A stretch of DNA of 64,000 bases from an uncultured delta proteobacterium (GTDB lineage: Bacteria; Myxococcota_A; UBA9160; UBA4427), in contig CAWGJT010000010.1 in NCBI GenBank assembly GCA_963822965.1, forward strand, positions 960,001 through 1,024,000. Reading direction: 5' to 3'. Numbering within the stretch: the stretch's first letter is position 1; every line of letters begins with the position of its first letter. This document shows positions 52,139 through 61,456 of the stretch, in pieces. The position numbers and the translations under genes are program-made. The notes under the pieces were generated by a model that had not been told where the DNA came from, searched no databases, and saw only the letters and a program-made list of their open reading frames with translations.

Positions 52139-52932
52139 TGACCGGGGCTGCGCGCCGGGGTTCCTCGTCGTTGCGAGCCGCCGACGAGCCGCCGGCGGTC
52201 GAGGTCTTCGATCCCGGGGGCGCGAGCCGCTTCCTGCTCGTCTGCGACCACGCCGCCAACCGGGTTCCGCGAAGCCTCGAAACCCTCGGCCTCGAGCCGG
52301 CTCGGCTGGGCGAGCACATCGGCTGGGACCCCGGTGCCGCGATCGTGGCGCGTGGTCTTGCCGCGGAGATCGGCGCGCCGCTGGTCTCGAGCGGCTACTC
52401 GCGCCTCGTGATCGACTGCAATCGACCCCTTCACAGCGCCGAATCCATCCCGGAGCAGAGCGCCGGCGTCGTCATCCCGGGAAACCTCGGACTGTCGGCG
52501 GAGGAGAGGGGGCTTCGGGTCGACGCCTTCTTCCGGCCCTACCACGAAGCCATCGACCGGCTGCTGGACGACCCGGGTCGGCGGCCCGGACTGCTGCTCA
52601 GCATCCACAGCTTCGCGCCGGTCCTGGACGGCCGACCGCGGCCCTGGCACGTCGGGGTTTCCGCCCGGCAGGATCGATGGCTCGCCGGGCTGCTGCTCCG
52701 CGGTCTCGCCGCCTGCCCGGACCTCACGGTGGGAGACGACGAGCCCTACCCCATCGAGGACGACTTCGACTACACGATCCCCGCGCACGGCGAAGCTCGT
52801 GCATTGCCCAGCGCGATGATCGAGATCCGCCAGGATGGCCTTCGGACCGCCGCGGAGGCGGCCGGGTGGGCGGCCCGGCTGGCCGGGATCTGCCGGCAGA
52901 TCGAAGCCGAGAGCCCGCCCGCACGAGACTAG
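52138..52932 (+). CDS. N-formylglutamate amidohydrolase
   Basis: CDHA, HIGWDPGA, SRLVIDCNR, PYH, SIHSF and IEIRQD; TGATG coupling to the upstream gene. Confidence 0.92.
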   Translation: MTGAARRGSSSLRAADEPPAVEVFDPGGASRFLLVCDHAANRVPRSLETLGLEPARLGEHIGWDPGAAIVARGLAAEIGAPLVSSGYSRLVIDCNRPLHSAESIPEQSAGVVIPGNLGLSAEERGLRVDAFFRPYHEAIDRLLDDPGRRPGLLLSIHSFAPVLDGRPRPWHVGVSARQDRWLAGLLLRGLAACPDLTVGDDEPYPIEDDFDYTIPAHGEARALPSAMIEIRQDGLRTAAEAAGWAARLAGICRQIEAESPPARD

Positions 52933-53363
52933 GGTGGCGCGGGGGGCGGGCGGCGTCGCGCGGGATCGACGGGGCTCATCAGGCCGACCGCGTTTCCGCT
53001 CGGGTCCTCGACGACCGCGTAGCGCGCGCCCCAGAAGGCGTCGCAGGGAGCCTGCTGGCCCACGTGTCCCGCGGCCGTCAGCTCTGCGTAGAGGTCGTCG
53101 ACGTCCTGGCGTGTGGCCACCCGGAAGCCCACCACGACCCCCGGCTGGGAGTTCGGCCAGCCCGCGTTCCAACGCTGCGCGAAGGCCGTACTGTCGAGGT
53201 CGAGGTCGATCGAGCCGCCCGCGTCGGCCGTCCGGTGGTCGGCCTGCCACTGCGGCAGCGTGTCCGGAATTTCGAGCCCGAGCCGGCGATAGAATGCGAC
53301 GGCCGCGTCCATGTCGCGGACGACGATGTTGAGCTGGTCCAGGACCGCGCGCACGCGGGGCAT
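52929..53363 (-). CDS. VOC/glyoxalase family protein
   Basis: IVVRDMDAAVAFYRRLG and PCDAFWGARYAVVEDPSGN. Confidence 0.9.
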   Translation of the reverse strand: MPRVRAVLDQLNIVVRDMDAAVAFYRRLGLEIPDTLPQWQADHRTADAGGSIDLDLDSTAFAQRWNAGWPNSQPGVVVGFRVATRQDVDDLYAELTAAGHVGQQAPCDAFWGARYAVVEDPSGNAVGLMSPVDPARRRPPPAPP

Positions 53364-53438
53364 GCACCGGAGCTTAGCCGAGATGGGCGGCACTCCGGAG
53401 AGGCGACACGCTCGCGTCGACCGCCTACGGCCCTCCCG

Positions 53439-55250
53439 TCAGCGAGCGCCCGGGGAGGTCCCGGACGCGGTCCCTTCGCCAGATCCGCCGTCGGCGTCCG
53501 CCTCCTCGCAGGCCGTGTACTCGATGGGCGCGCGCGTGGGGGCGGGAACGACCCGGGCCTCGTCGCGCCGGAGCACCAGGGTGAGACCCTCCTCCGGGGT
53601 GAGCGCGACGGGCAGCTCGAAAGGTGGCGTGCTGTCGAGCCGCAGTCGGTACTCGCCGGCGGGCAGCCGGATGGGCTCCTCGGCGCCGATCGTTCCCTCG
53701 GCCACGACCGCGTCGTCCTTCCAGACGCGGAAGGGTGTGCCCACGGTCGTGCCGAGCGCCCGCCGCAGCTCGGCGGCGCTGCCGGCGGTGATGAATCGCC
53801 CCCCGGAGGCCTCCGCGATGGCGCGCAGGCTCGAGAGATCCTCGCCGGTATCGCCCCCGAGCCCGAAGCCGATCACGTGCACGGGAATCCGTGCGTCGGC
53901 CTGCAGGGCGCGGGCCGCCGCCGGGGCGTCACCCCCGCAGCTCTCGATGCCGTCGGTGACCAGCACGACGGCTCGCTCGCCCGTGAAGCTTCCGAAGTCC
54001 GCGGCGACCTGCGAGAGCGCGTAGCCGAGAGGCGTCTGGCCCTTGGGCTGCAGTCCCGCGATGGCGGATCGGATCTCGGAGCGGTTGCCCGAGCCCGGCG
54101 GCACCAGCAGCTCGGTGTCCTCGCAGTTGTTCGCCTTGCGGTCGTAGCGATGGCCGTACGCTCGCAGCGAGAGCTTCAGGTCGGGCGGCAGCCAATCGAG
54201 CGCACCTTCCAGGATCTCCCGGGCGATCTCGATCTTCGTCCGCCCGTCCATCCTCCCCCACATGCTGCCCGAAGCGTCGACCACGATCTCGACCGCGCGG
54301 TCCGAGATGGAGAGCGCCGGCGCGCCGTCTCGTTCGGCGCGGACCTGGAGCCCGGCGCAGCCCGGCGACCGCACCGTCACCGAGATGGCGACCTCCTTCT
54401 CCCGGCCGTCGACGCTGTGCGCGGCGGCCACGATCCGGTTCTCGCCGGGTGCGAGTGGCACGTCCGCCGTGAAGGTCCCGTTGGCGAGGCGGGTGGCGAC
54501 CGGGGCGGAGCCGTTGACGCGCAGCTCCACGCGCTCCACGCCCGTGGTACGCAGGTTCACGAACGCGTCCGGGAGCTGCGAGGGATCCGTCACGGCGACG
54601 AAGCTGCCCCCGGTGCGATCGGCGATCTCGCGGAGGGTGGCCGTGCCCTCGGCGTCGGATCCGAAGAGCACCGTGCTGATGGAGACGCCCTGCGCCCGGG
54701 CCTTCGCCATGGCCTCGAGCGCGTCCTTCGGCTTCGACTTCCCGTCCGTGAAGAGGATCATGACCCGCGACGAGCCCGGCCGCGCGGACTTCTCGAATCC
54801 CTGGAGCGCCGTGCGGATTCCGGCGGCCAGGTCGGTCGAGCCGTCCTGGTCGAGCCCACGGATGGCCTCGATCACCGCCGTGCGGTCACCCGTGAGGGGC
54901 GAGACCATCTTCGCCTTGCGGTCGAAGTCGACGACGCCGATGTACGTGTTGCTCCAGTAGAGGGACTTCACCAGCGCGATGGCACCCGCGGAGCGATTGT
55001 CCTTCGGGTCGCTCCGGCGCAGGCTCTTCGACGTGTCCAGCACGAGGAAGAGGTCCACCTGGCGGACGGCGGTGATGGCCGACGCGCGACCCTCGACCTC
55101 GATGGAGGATTGCGAGCTCGGGAGGACGGCATCCGGTGTCGGGCGAACGATCTCGACGTCGAAGCCGGCCACCTGCGCTCGGCCCGGAGGCGCGGCCCCG
55201 AGGACGAGTCCCAGGACCGACACCGCGCACCACCAGAAGAGCTTCCGCAT
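53439..55250 (-). CDS. Secreted protein with two vWA domains and Ig-like linkers
   Basis: Signal peptide; MIDAS motifs LDTSKS...FTDG and VDASGSM...TPL...VTDGIESC. Confidence 0.9.
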   Translation of the reverse strand: MRKLFWWCAVSVLGLVLGAAPPGRAQVAGFDVEIVRPTPDAVLPSSQSSIEVEGRASAITAVRQVDLFLVLDTSKSLRRSDPKDNRSAGAIALVKSLYWSNTYIGVVDFDRKAKMVSPLTGDRTAVIEAIRGLDQDGSTDLAAGIRTALQGFEKSARPGSSRVMILFTDGKSKPKDALEAMAKARAQGVSISTVLFGSDAEGTATLREIADRTGGSFVAVTDPSQLPDAFVNLRTTGVERVELRVNGSAPVATRLANGTFTADVPLAPGENRIVAAAHSVDGREKEVAISVTVRSPGCAGLQVRAERDGAPALSISDRAVEIVVDASGSMWGRMDGRTKIEIAREILEGALDWLPPDLKLSLRAYGHRYDRKANNCEDTELLVPPGSGNRSEIRSAIAGLQPKGQTPLGYALSQVAADFGSFTGERAVVLVTDGIESCGGDAPAAARALQADARIPVHVIGFGLGGDTGEDLSSLRAIAEASGGRFITAGSAAELRRALGTTVGTPFRVWKDDAVVAEGTIGAEEPIRLPAGEYRLRLDSTPPFELPVALTPEEGLTLVLRRDEARVVPAPTRAPIEYTACEEADADGGSGEGTASGTSPGAR

Positions 55251-55483
55251 GCACCCGGGGATTCTCACGGCCGCCCAGCGTATCGAGTGGGCCGGTGGCG
55301 CGCCCGAGTGCGCCGGACAGCGGCGCGAGGCCGGCCCGTGCGAGGGGGCCTCGCGGGCGGCACCTTCCCGTGGGAAACGAGCAGGCGGACGACCGATCGC
55401 GGCCGATTCCCCTATCGGGCTCAAGTGCAGCTCGCAGGCAGCCGAGGGGTCTCGCGGAGCCATCCACCTCCAGGAGTCCCGCT

Positions 55484-56221
55484 ATGGTCGCGCGCCTCGC
55501 ACTGCTCCTCGCTCTCGCCCTCTTCCCCGGCGCGAGCAGCGCGGAGCCCCAATCCTTCGGTGATTCGGACCAGCCCGACGCCTCGATCACCACCAGCGAG
55601 GAGATCGAGGGGCACGAGGGGTCCTACCAGGACATCCATCGCAACGAGGGGCACACCGAGGACATCCATCGCCACGAGGCCCGGGCGGGTGAGGTCCAGG
55701 CCCACGAAGAGGGGGCCGAGAGCCTCTCGCGCCACGATGTGGGCTCGGAGGCCCTGCCCGAGCAGGACGCCGAGTCCGAGGCCCTCGTCGGCATGGGCCA
55801 CCCGGCGTCGACGGCCGAGGAGCGCCTGCAGGAGGCTCGCGAGAAGCTTCGGGCCGCCCGGGAGCGACATGCCCCGCTCGAAGCGCGCGCGCAGCAGGCT
55901 CTGGCCGAATCGGATCCCGACGCGCCGGCCGCGTCGTCGAGCGCGGGAGAGAGCTACGCGCACTGGACGGCCCGCATCGACGTGGCCCACGAGCGGATCG
56001 GTGTCGCCCGTGCAGCCGTGCAGGTCTGGGACGATCGCTACTCGAACATGATCCAGAGCGACTACCCGCGCGGAGCGGCTCGGCAGAAGCTCATCGACGA
56101 CCGCGAGCGCGCGAAGCAGCGACTCGCCTCGGAGGAGGCGAACCTGCCGCGGCTGGTCGAGGCGGCGCGCCGGGCCGGCGTTCCGCAGGGCGTGCTGGCT
56201 CTCCACTCAGGAGACGAGTAG
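55484..56221 (+). CDS. Secreted protein with His/Glu-rich 10-residue repeats and a C-terminal coiled coil
   Basis: Signal peptide MVARLALLLALALFPGASSA; AGGAG RBS; periodic EEIEGHEGSY/QDIHRNEGHT/EDIHRHEARA... Confidence 0.8.
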   Translation: MVARLALLLALALFPGASSAEPQSFGDSDQPDASITTSEEIEGHEGSYQDIHRNEGHTEDIHRHEARAGEVQAHEEGAESLSRHDVGSEALPEQDAESEALVGMGHPASTAEERLQEAREKLRAARERHAPLEARAQQALAESDPDAPAASSSAGESYAHWTARIDVAHERIGVARAAVQVWDDRYSNMIQSDYPRGAARQKLIDDRERAKQRLASEEANLPRLVEAARRAGVPQGVLALHSGDE

Positions 56222-56229
56222 CCCGCGTC

Positions 56230-56868
56230 GTGTCGGCGTCCGCCGAAGCCGTCGTCGGGGGGATCCGCGAGGCATTCGCTGCGACCCCGCATCCGGGAGA
56301 TGCCTTCCTGGTGGGCAGCCACGACGGCTGCGAGCCGGCGGAGACCCTCGAGCCCTTCCGGGGGCTCGCCCACTGGAGCGACGTTCCGGTAGAGACCCTC
56401 GACGCCGAGTACACCGCCCTCTCCTTTCTCTCGGACGGGGGCTTCCGCTTCTTCCTTCCGGCGTACGTCGTCGCGGAGCTCGAAGGGCGACTAACCACGG
56501 CCGACCCGCTCTTCCACCTCGCCAGCGGCTTCCTGCGCACGTCCGTCCGTGTTGCCCCAGGCAGCGGGATGCCCCTGCGCTCCACCGGCGGCGACACGCT
56601 CCTCAACCCCCGGCGCTACGGCGCGATCACGTTCGAGGACTACGCGCGATTCAGGCTCTCGGTGTTCTGTCGGGAGGAGGCGCGGGCGTTGGTCGTCTAT
56701 CTGCAGCACCGCTACCGGACCGCAAGCCTGGAGCAGGAGCGCAACACGATCGAGGCGGCGCTCGAGCGCTTCTGGCTCGCCCGTGCGGACGCCGCACCGA
56801 CCCGGGCCGAGCTCGACGCACACCTTGCCGACCTCGAGACCCACCTGCGCGGGATCACCCCGCGCTGA
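56230..56868 (+). CDS. Conserved hypothetical protein (DUF6714-like)
   Basis: IREAF...PG...W...LSFLS..GFRFFLPAY pattern. Confidence 0.65.
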   Translation: MSASAEAVVGGIREAFAATPHPGDAFLVGSHDGCEPAETLEPFRGLAHWSDVPVETLDAEYTALSFLSDGGFRFFLPAYVVAELEGRLTTADPLFHLASGFLRTSVRVAPGSGMPLRSTGGDTLLNPRRYGAITFEDYARFRLSVFCREEARALVVYLQHRYRTASLEQERNTIEAALERFWLARADAAPTRAELDAHLADLETHLRGITPR

Positions 56869-57035
56869 AGCCCTCGGCGCGATCGCCGCGCGCTCCCCCA
56901 CGGCGATCGCGCCTGGCCGTCGCCCCCGACCGGGGCGTCCTGTAGCGTGCCACCCCGAGCCTCCAGATCGCGCCCCCACCTCGCAGCATCGACCGCGTGC
57001 CCCGCGATCGACCGCGAGCCTCGAGAGGAGCCCCC

Positions 57036-58064
57036 ATGGCCGACCGGATCCGAATGGCCCTCCAGATTCCGAACTTCACCTACCCCGACACCGCTCCCGA
57101 GCAGATCTTCGATCGGGTGGTCGCCGCCGCCGTCGCCGCCGAGGAAGCGGGCTTCGACACGGTCCTGGTGATGGACCACTTCTACCAGCTGCCGCTGCTC
57201 GGCCCGCCGGACAACGAGATGCTGGAGGCCTACCCGCTGCTGGGCGCGCTCGCGGCGCGTACCGAACGCGTGCGGCTCGGCACGCTCGTCAGCGGCGTCA
57301 CGTACCGGAACCCGGCCCATCTGGCGAAGATCGTGACCACGCTCGACGTCATCTCGAAGGGGCGCGCGCTGCTGGGCATCGGTGCCGGCTGGTTCGAGCC
57401 GGAGCACGAGGGCTACGGCTTCGAGTTCCCGCCCATCGGGCAACGGCTGGATCGCCTCGAGGAGGCGCTCCAGATCGCGCGCGCCATGTTCCGCGGCGAG
57501 CGTCCGTCGCACGAGGGCCGCTACTACCGCACCCACGAAGCGCTGAACGTCCCCGCGCCGATTCGGCCGAGAGGCCCCGGCATCCTCGTGGGCGGCGTCG
57601 GCGAGAAGCGCACCCTCCGTCTGGTCGCGAGGTACGCCGACGAGAGCAACTGGACCTGCGCGCCGGAGGAGTTTCCGCGCAAGCTCGAGGCGCTCGAGAA
57701 GCACTGCGCTGCGGTGGGCCGCGATCGGCGCGAGATCGGTGTGTCGTGGCTCGCGACCCTGATGCTGGGAGAGACCACGGCGGACGCGGAGGCCCAACGC
57801 GAGGCGTTCCTGCGGGCCAGGGGCATGGAGTGGAGCACGCTCCCGGCCGAGGTCCAGGACAACATCTCGCGCATGCTGCTTCTGGGTGATCCGGATACCG
57901 TCGGCGAGTTCGTGCAGACGAAGGTCCGAGGGGCCGGCCTGGACGGCATCGTGGTGAACCTGCCGGCGAACGGGCACGACCCCGAGGCCGTCCGGCTGGC
58001 GGCGCACACGCTCTCGGCCGCCCTAGCGGGTCGGGGATCCGCGCGACGGAGTCGCGCTGGCTGA
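57036..58064 (+). CDS. LLM-class (probably F420-dependent) oxidoreductase
   Basis: VMDHFYQ, LGTLVSGVTYRNP, LGIGAGW, RLEEAL and GGVGEKRTLRLVARYAD. Confidence 0.88.
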   Translation: MADRIRMALQIPNFTYPDTAPEQIFDRVVAAAVAAEEAGFDTVLVMDHFYQLPLLGPPDNEMLEAYPLLGALAARTERVRLGTLVSGVTYRNPAHLAKIVTTLDVISKGRALLGIGAGWFEPEHEGYGFEFPPIGQRLDRLEEALQIARAMFRGERPSHEGRYYRTHEALNVPAPIRPRGPGILVGGVGEKRTLRLVARYADESNWTCAPEEFPRKLEALEKHCAAVGRDRREIGVSWLATLMLGETTADAEAQREAFLRARGMEWSTLPAEVQDNISRMLLLGDPDTVGEFVQTKVRGAGLDGIVVNLPANGHDPEAVRLAAHTLSAALAGRGSARRSRAG

Positions 58065-58130
58065 AGGAGCCCGTTGGGGCTCCCTTTGCAGCGGAACCGC
58101 GATCCAGGACTTCGTCTTGGGTCGCCGCGC

Positions 58131-58769
58131 CTAGTAGGGGGTGCTGCGACGACGGCGAGCGGCCAGGGCGGCGATGAAGCCCGCTCCGAGCAGCAGGCCG
58201 GTCGAGGGCTCGGGGAGCGGCGTGTTGACGAAGCTCTCGCTCCCACCCGACGCGTACGCGATCACGTGAAGGCCGATACGAAGGTCGCCCGTGGACAGGT
58301 CCGTGAGCACGTCGGCGAAGGTCTTTCCGCCCTGGAGCACGAAGTCGATGGCGACCCACTCGCTCGGCCCGACCCCGTTCATCGAGGGAGCGGGGACGGC
58401 CTGGGCCAGGAAGCCTGCGGTCACCTGGAACGCCGGGGAGATGCTGTTTCCGCCAGGAAGGTCCGGCGGGTTGGCGTCGGGCTCGAAGTCGACCCCCGGG
58501 CCGTCCATCACCGTGGAGAGCGCCAGCAGGGAGCCGTCGTCGAAGTACACCTCGGAGATCGCCGAGGCTTCCGGGCCCGCGTTGACGAAGAGGAATCGGA
58601 CGACGCCGCCCCCCTGGTCGCTCACCTCCGCGCTCAGCTGGCTTTCGCCGATCGCGCAGTCGCCCGCCAGGTTGTTGGTGATGCAGCCGAAGCCGACGGA
58701 CGTCGCCTGCGCCGGCGGGGCGACGAGCGCCGCCAGCGGCAGGAGAAAGAGAAATAGCCGTGCGCGCAT
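58131..58769 (-). CDS. PEP-CTERM sorting-domain surface protein
   Basis: Signal peptide; GLHV..Y..GGSESF; C-terminal LPEPSTGLLLGAGFIAALAARRRR. Confidence 0.9.
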   Translation of the reverse strand: MRARLFLFLLPLAALVAPPAQATSVGFGCITNNLAGDCAIGESQLSAEVSDQGGGVVRFLFVNAGPEASAISEVYFDDGSLLALSTVMDGPGVDFEPDANPPDLPGGNSISPAFQVTAGFLAQAVPAPSMNGVGPSEWVAIDFVLQGGKTFADVLTDLSTGDLRIGLHVIAYASGGSESFVNTPLPEPSTGLLLGAGFIAALAARRRRSTPY

Positions 58770-58801
58770 GTCGCAATCCTCCCCGGGACGGGCCAGGATT
58801 G

Positions 58802-58817
58802 TGCAAATTCCAGACCG
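58802..58817 (-). promoter_or_regulatory. Candidate sigma-54 promoter of the second PEP-CTERM gene
   Basis: Minus strand CGGTCTGGAATTTGCA: GG-N10-GC spacing with TTTGCA, about 33 bp upstream of the ATG. Confidence 0.45.
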
Positions 58818-59035
58818 TTCGATCTGAAATGCTGCAAGTGACCGTTCTTGCTCACATTGGCAACCGCGTGGCCGAGGCCCATGCGAAGAACGATTCCACT
58901 CCCGCGGAACATCGCTTCCGCTTTGGCCGATCCAGGGCCCGTTCGGCGCAGGCGTTCTGGATCGCTCTGTCCGAATTGGTCGCGGCTGATCTGCCCGGAT
59001 CTGTCGTAGGCTCGGGGCGAAGCACCCCGCCGAGC

Positions 59036-59620
59036 TCACTCCAGCATGCTGAGGGTGCCCGTATGGATGTCCCGCAGCATCGCTCGGCCGAGGGGCAGCT
59101 TGCCGGTGACCGCCATCCCCATCAGGGCATTCGTCAGGGCGCGAGACACCTGCTGGGGGGACCGGCTCTTGGGTAGCTCCCCTCTTCCCTGCGCCTGCCG
59201 CAGCGCCCGCTGGATCGACTTCTGGAGGAGATCGAGGGTCTCGTGCAGCAGCTCCGCGATCTCGCGGTCGTGAGGGCCCAGCTCGACCAACGCATTCGCC
59301 ACCAAGCAGCCCCGGCAGCGCGCGTCGGCGGCCAGGCGCTCGAAGAACCGCACCACCGCCTTCACGTTGTCCAGCGGTGAGCCGTCACCGGCGAGGATCG
59401 CGAGCGCCTGGGAGAGCTGGGTCGCGCGATAGTGCTCGATGCAGCGGATGAAGAGCTCGCGTTTGCTGCCGAAGGTGTCGTAGAGACTCTGGCGCGAGAT
59501 GCCCATGTGCTCCTGGAGCTCCGAGAGACCGACGGCCTGGTAGCCCCGGGCCCAGAACAGGTTCATCGCCCGCTCCAGCACCGCGCGTTCGTCGAAGCCC
59601 TTGGGACGCCCTGCGCGCAT
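59036..59620 (-). CDS. TetR/AcrR family transcriptional regulator
   Basis: GRPKGFD...AMNLFWARGY...GISRQSLYDTFGSKRELF; GCLVAN. Confidence 0.93.
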   Translation of the reverse strand: MRAGRPKGFDERAVLERAMNLFWARGYQAVGLSELQEHMGISRQSLYDTFGSKRELFIRCIEHYRATQLSQALAILAGDGSPLDNVKAVVRFFERLAADARCRGCLVANALVELGPHDREIAELLHETLDLLQKSIQRALRQAQGRGELPKSRSPQQVSRALTNALMGMAVTGKLPLGRAMLRDIHTGTLSMLE

Positions 59621-59876
59621 TCCCGCATCCTACTCCACGGCACATCCGGATGGAGCCTCTCCGCGCGGACGGGCACGGTCATGGGGTCTTCGGAGTGCAA
59701 GCGCGCCAGGAGGATCGGGTTTTCCTCCTATTCGCCGGGATCGATTGGCCCCCTGGGCCGGGGGTCCGGGTGGCTCCTGCTCCGCGGTCGCGGGGCCCCT
59801 ACCCTGGCCCCATGTCGAACGAGTCGAACGAACGGAACCCTTGCCTCACCCCGCGCGACCGGGCCGGGGTGCTCTC

Positions 59877-60707
59877 GTGACGGCCGACCTCGTGAAGGCG
59901 GCCGCCGACCTACGCGCTCGCCATCGACCCGGCCAACCGCTCGTCCTGGCCAATGCCTGGGACGTCGCCAGTGCACGCCGCTTCGCCGCGCTCGGCCTTC
60001 CGGTCCTGGCCACGACCAGCGCCGGCGTCGCCAACGCCCTGGGCTTTCCCGATGGAGAGGCCATCCCGCCGGATCTGATGTTCGAGGCGATCGGCCGCAT
60101 CGCAGCCGCGGTCCAAGTTCCCGTGACGGCGGACCTGGAGGCCGGCTACGGCCTGTCCGCGGACGAGCTCGTCGATCGAATGCTCGCCGCGGGCTGCGTG
60201 GGCTTGAATCTCGAGGATACGGACCACGGCGCGGGCGCCGGCAGCCTCGTCGACGCCGAGCGCCAGGCCGAGCGCCTGGCGGCGCTGAAGGCCGCGGGGC
60301 GCGCGGCCGGTGTCGACGTGGTCCTCAACGCCCGGGTCGACGTGTACCTGAGCCGGGTGCCGCCGGGCCAACGCGTCGAAGAAGGAATCCGGCGCGGCCG
60401 CCGCTACCTCGATGCCGGCGCCGACTGCATCTATCCCATTCTCGCGCGGGAGGAAGAAGAGCTCGAAGCGCTCGTTGCCGGCATCGGAGGCCCGGTCAAC
60501 GTGCTGGCGCTCCCACAGGGTCCGTTCCTGACACGACTCGCCGAGCTCGGCGTCGCGCGCGTGAGCTTCGGCTCGCTCCTCATGAAGGCCGCTCTGGCCG
60601 CCGCCGAGCGCGCGCTGGGCGCCTTCCTCCCCGGCTCGGAGACCTCAGCCGGGGCGCTTCAGAGCGCTGCGACGCTCTCGGGGGCCGGCACGCGCGGCGT
60701 GCCGTGA
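59877..60707 (+). CDS. Isocitrate lyase / PEP mutase superfamily protein
   Basis: NAWDVASA, ATTSAG, TADLEAGYG, GLNLED, NARVD and AGADCIY. Confidence 0.9.
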   Translation: MTADLVKAAADLRARHRPGQPLVLANAWDVASARRFAALGLPVLATTSAGVANALGFPDGEAIPPDLMFEAIGRIAAAVQVPVTADLEAGYGLSADELVDRMLAAGCVGLNLEDTDHGAGAGSLVDAERQAERLAALKAAGRAAGVDVVLNARVDVYLSRVPPGQRVEEGIRRGRRYLDAGADCIYPILAREEEELEALVAGIGGPVNVLALPQGPFLTRLAELGVARVSFGSLLMKAALAAAERALGAFLPGSETSAGALQSAATLSGAGTRGVP

Positions 60708-61318
60708 GCGTCCAGTAGCTGCTCGATCAGTGGCCGCACGGCTCGGGCGGCGTCGTCGCGATCGTGCACCTGACGCAGCACCAGGGCGCCTTCGAAGAGC
60801 ACCGTGTAGCTGTCCGCAAAGCCGTCCGGATCCCGCAGACCGGCGGCGGCGGCGAGGTCGCGCACCCAGTCGCGATTGGATCGCTTGTGGGCGGCGGCGG
60901 CGCGATGGATCGCGTCGTCCGGGTTCGGGAACTCGGCGGCGGCGTTGATGAACTGACAGCCGAAGAACGCCGGATCGTTGAACAGGATGTCGAGCACGTC
61001 GACCAGTCCCACGAGCTGGCGTTCGGGCGCTTCGCCGACCAGGAAGCGCACCGCCTCGCGCCAGGCCCCCATCTCCCAGGCGTCCCGTGCCTCGAGCGCC
61101 TTCACCACCAGATCGTCTTTGCTCTTGAAGTGCTTGTAGAAGGTCGTCTTCGAGACGCCCGCCTCGGCCAGCACCCAGTCGAGACCGACCGCGTTGATGC
61201 CGTGGCGATAGAAGAGATGCATCGCCACCCCCACGAGACGCTCACGGCCCTGCTTGGGCACCTCCGGGAGCCGAAGCAGCTCGCGAACCCGCTCGCCGAC
61301 GTCGGGTGCTTGCGCCAT
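60659..61318 (-). CDS. TetR/AcrR family transcriptional regulator
   Basis: LFYRHGI...AGVSKTTFYKHFKSKDDLV; GCQFINAAAEF; divergent from osmC-like gene. Confidence 0.92.
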   Translation of the reverse strand: MAQAPDVGERVRELLRLPEVPKQGRERLVGVAMHLFYRHGINAVGLDWVLAEAGVSKTTFYKHFKSKDDLVVKALEARDAWEMGAWREAVRFLVGEAPERQLVGLVDVLDILFNDPAFFGCQFINAAAEFPNPDDAIHRAAAAHKRSNRDWVRDLAAAAGLRDPDGFADSYTVLFEGALVLRQVHDRDDAARAVRPLIEQLLDAHGTPRVPAPESVAAL

Positions 61319-61456
61319 GGCCGCAAGATTCGCCCAGGGGGTTACCCGGAGTCAACCGGGGTGGACCGCAAGTGAACTGCCGTGGTGGGTGTCGCTGCCG
61401 ATAGCTTCCTCGTCGGTCATCGCAGACACGCGGGACCCTCGAAGAGGAGCACGACC

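Noticed and set aside
52041..56051. 1336-aa plus-strand ORF and other very long shadow ORFs (e.g. 29984-33214, 7349-10075, 3852-6683 as one protein)
   Set aside because: Arg/Gly/Pro-rich off-frame or antisense read-throughs typical of high-GC DNA, overlapping genes with clear motifs. Some are chimeras caused by frameshifts.
59643..59652. CATCCGGATG palindrome as TetR operator
   Set aside because: Only 10 bp, plausible by chance, and no second copy was found to support it.
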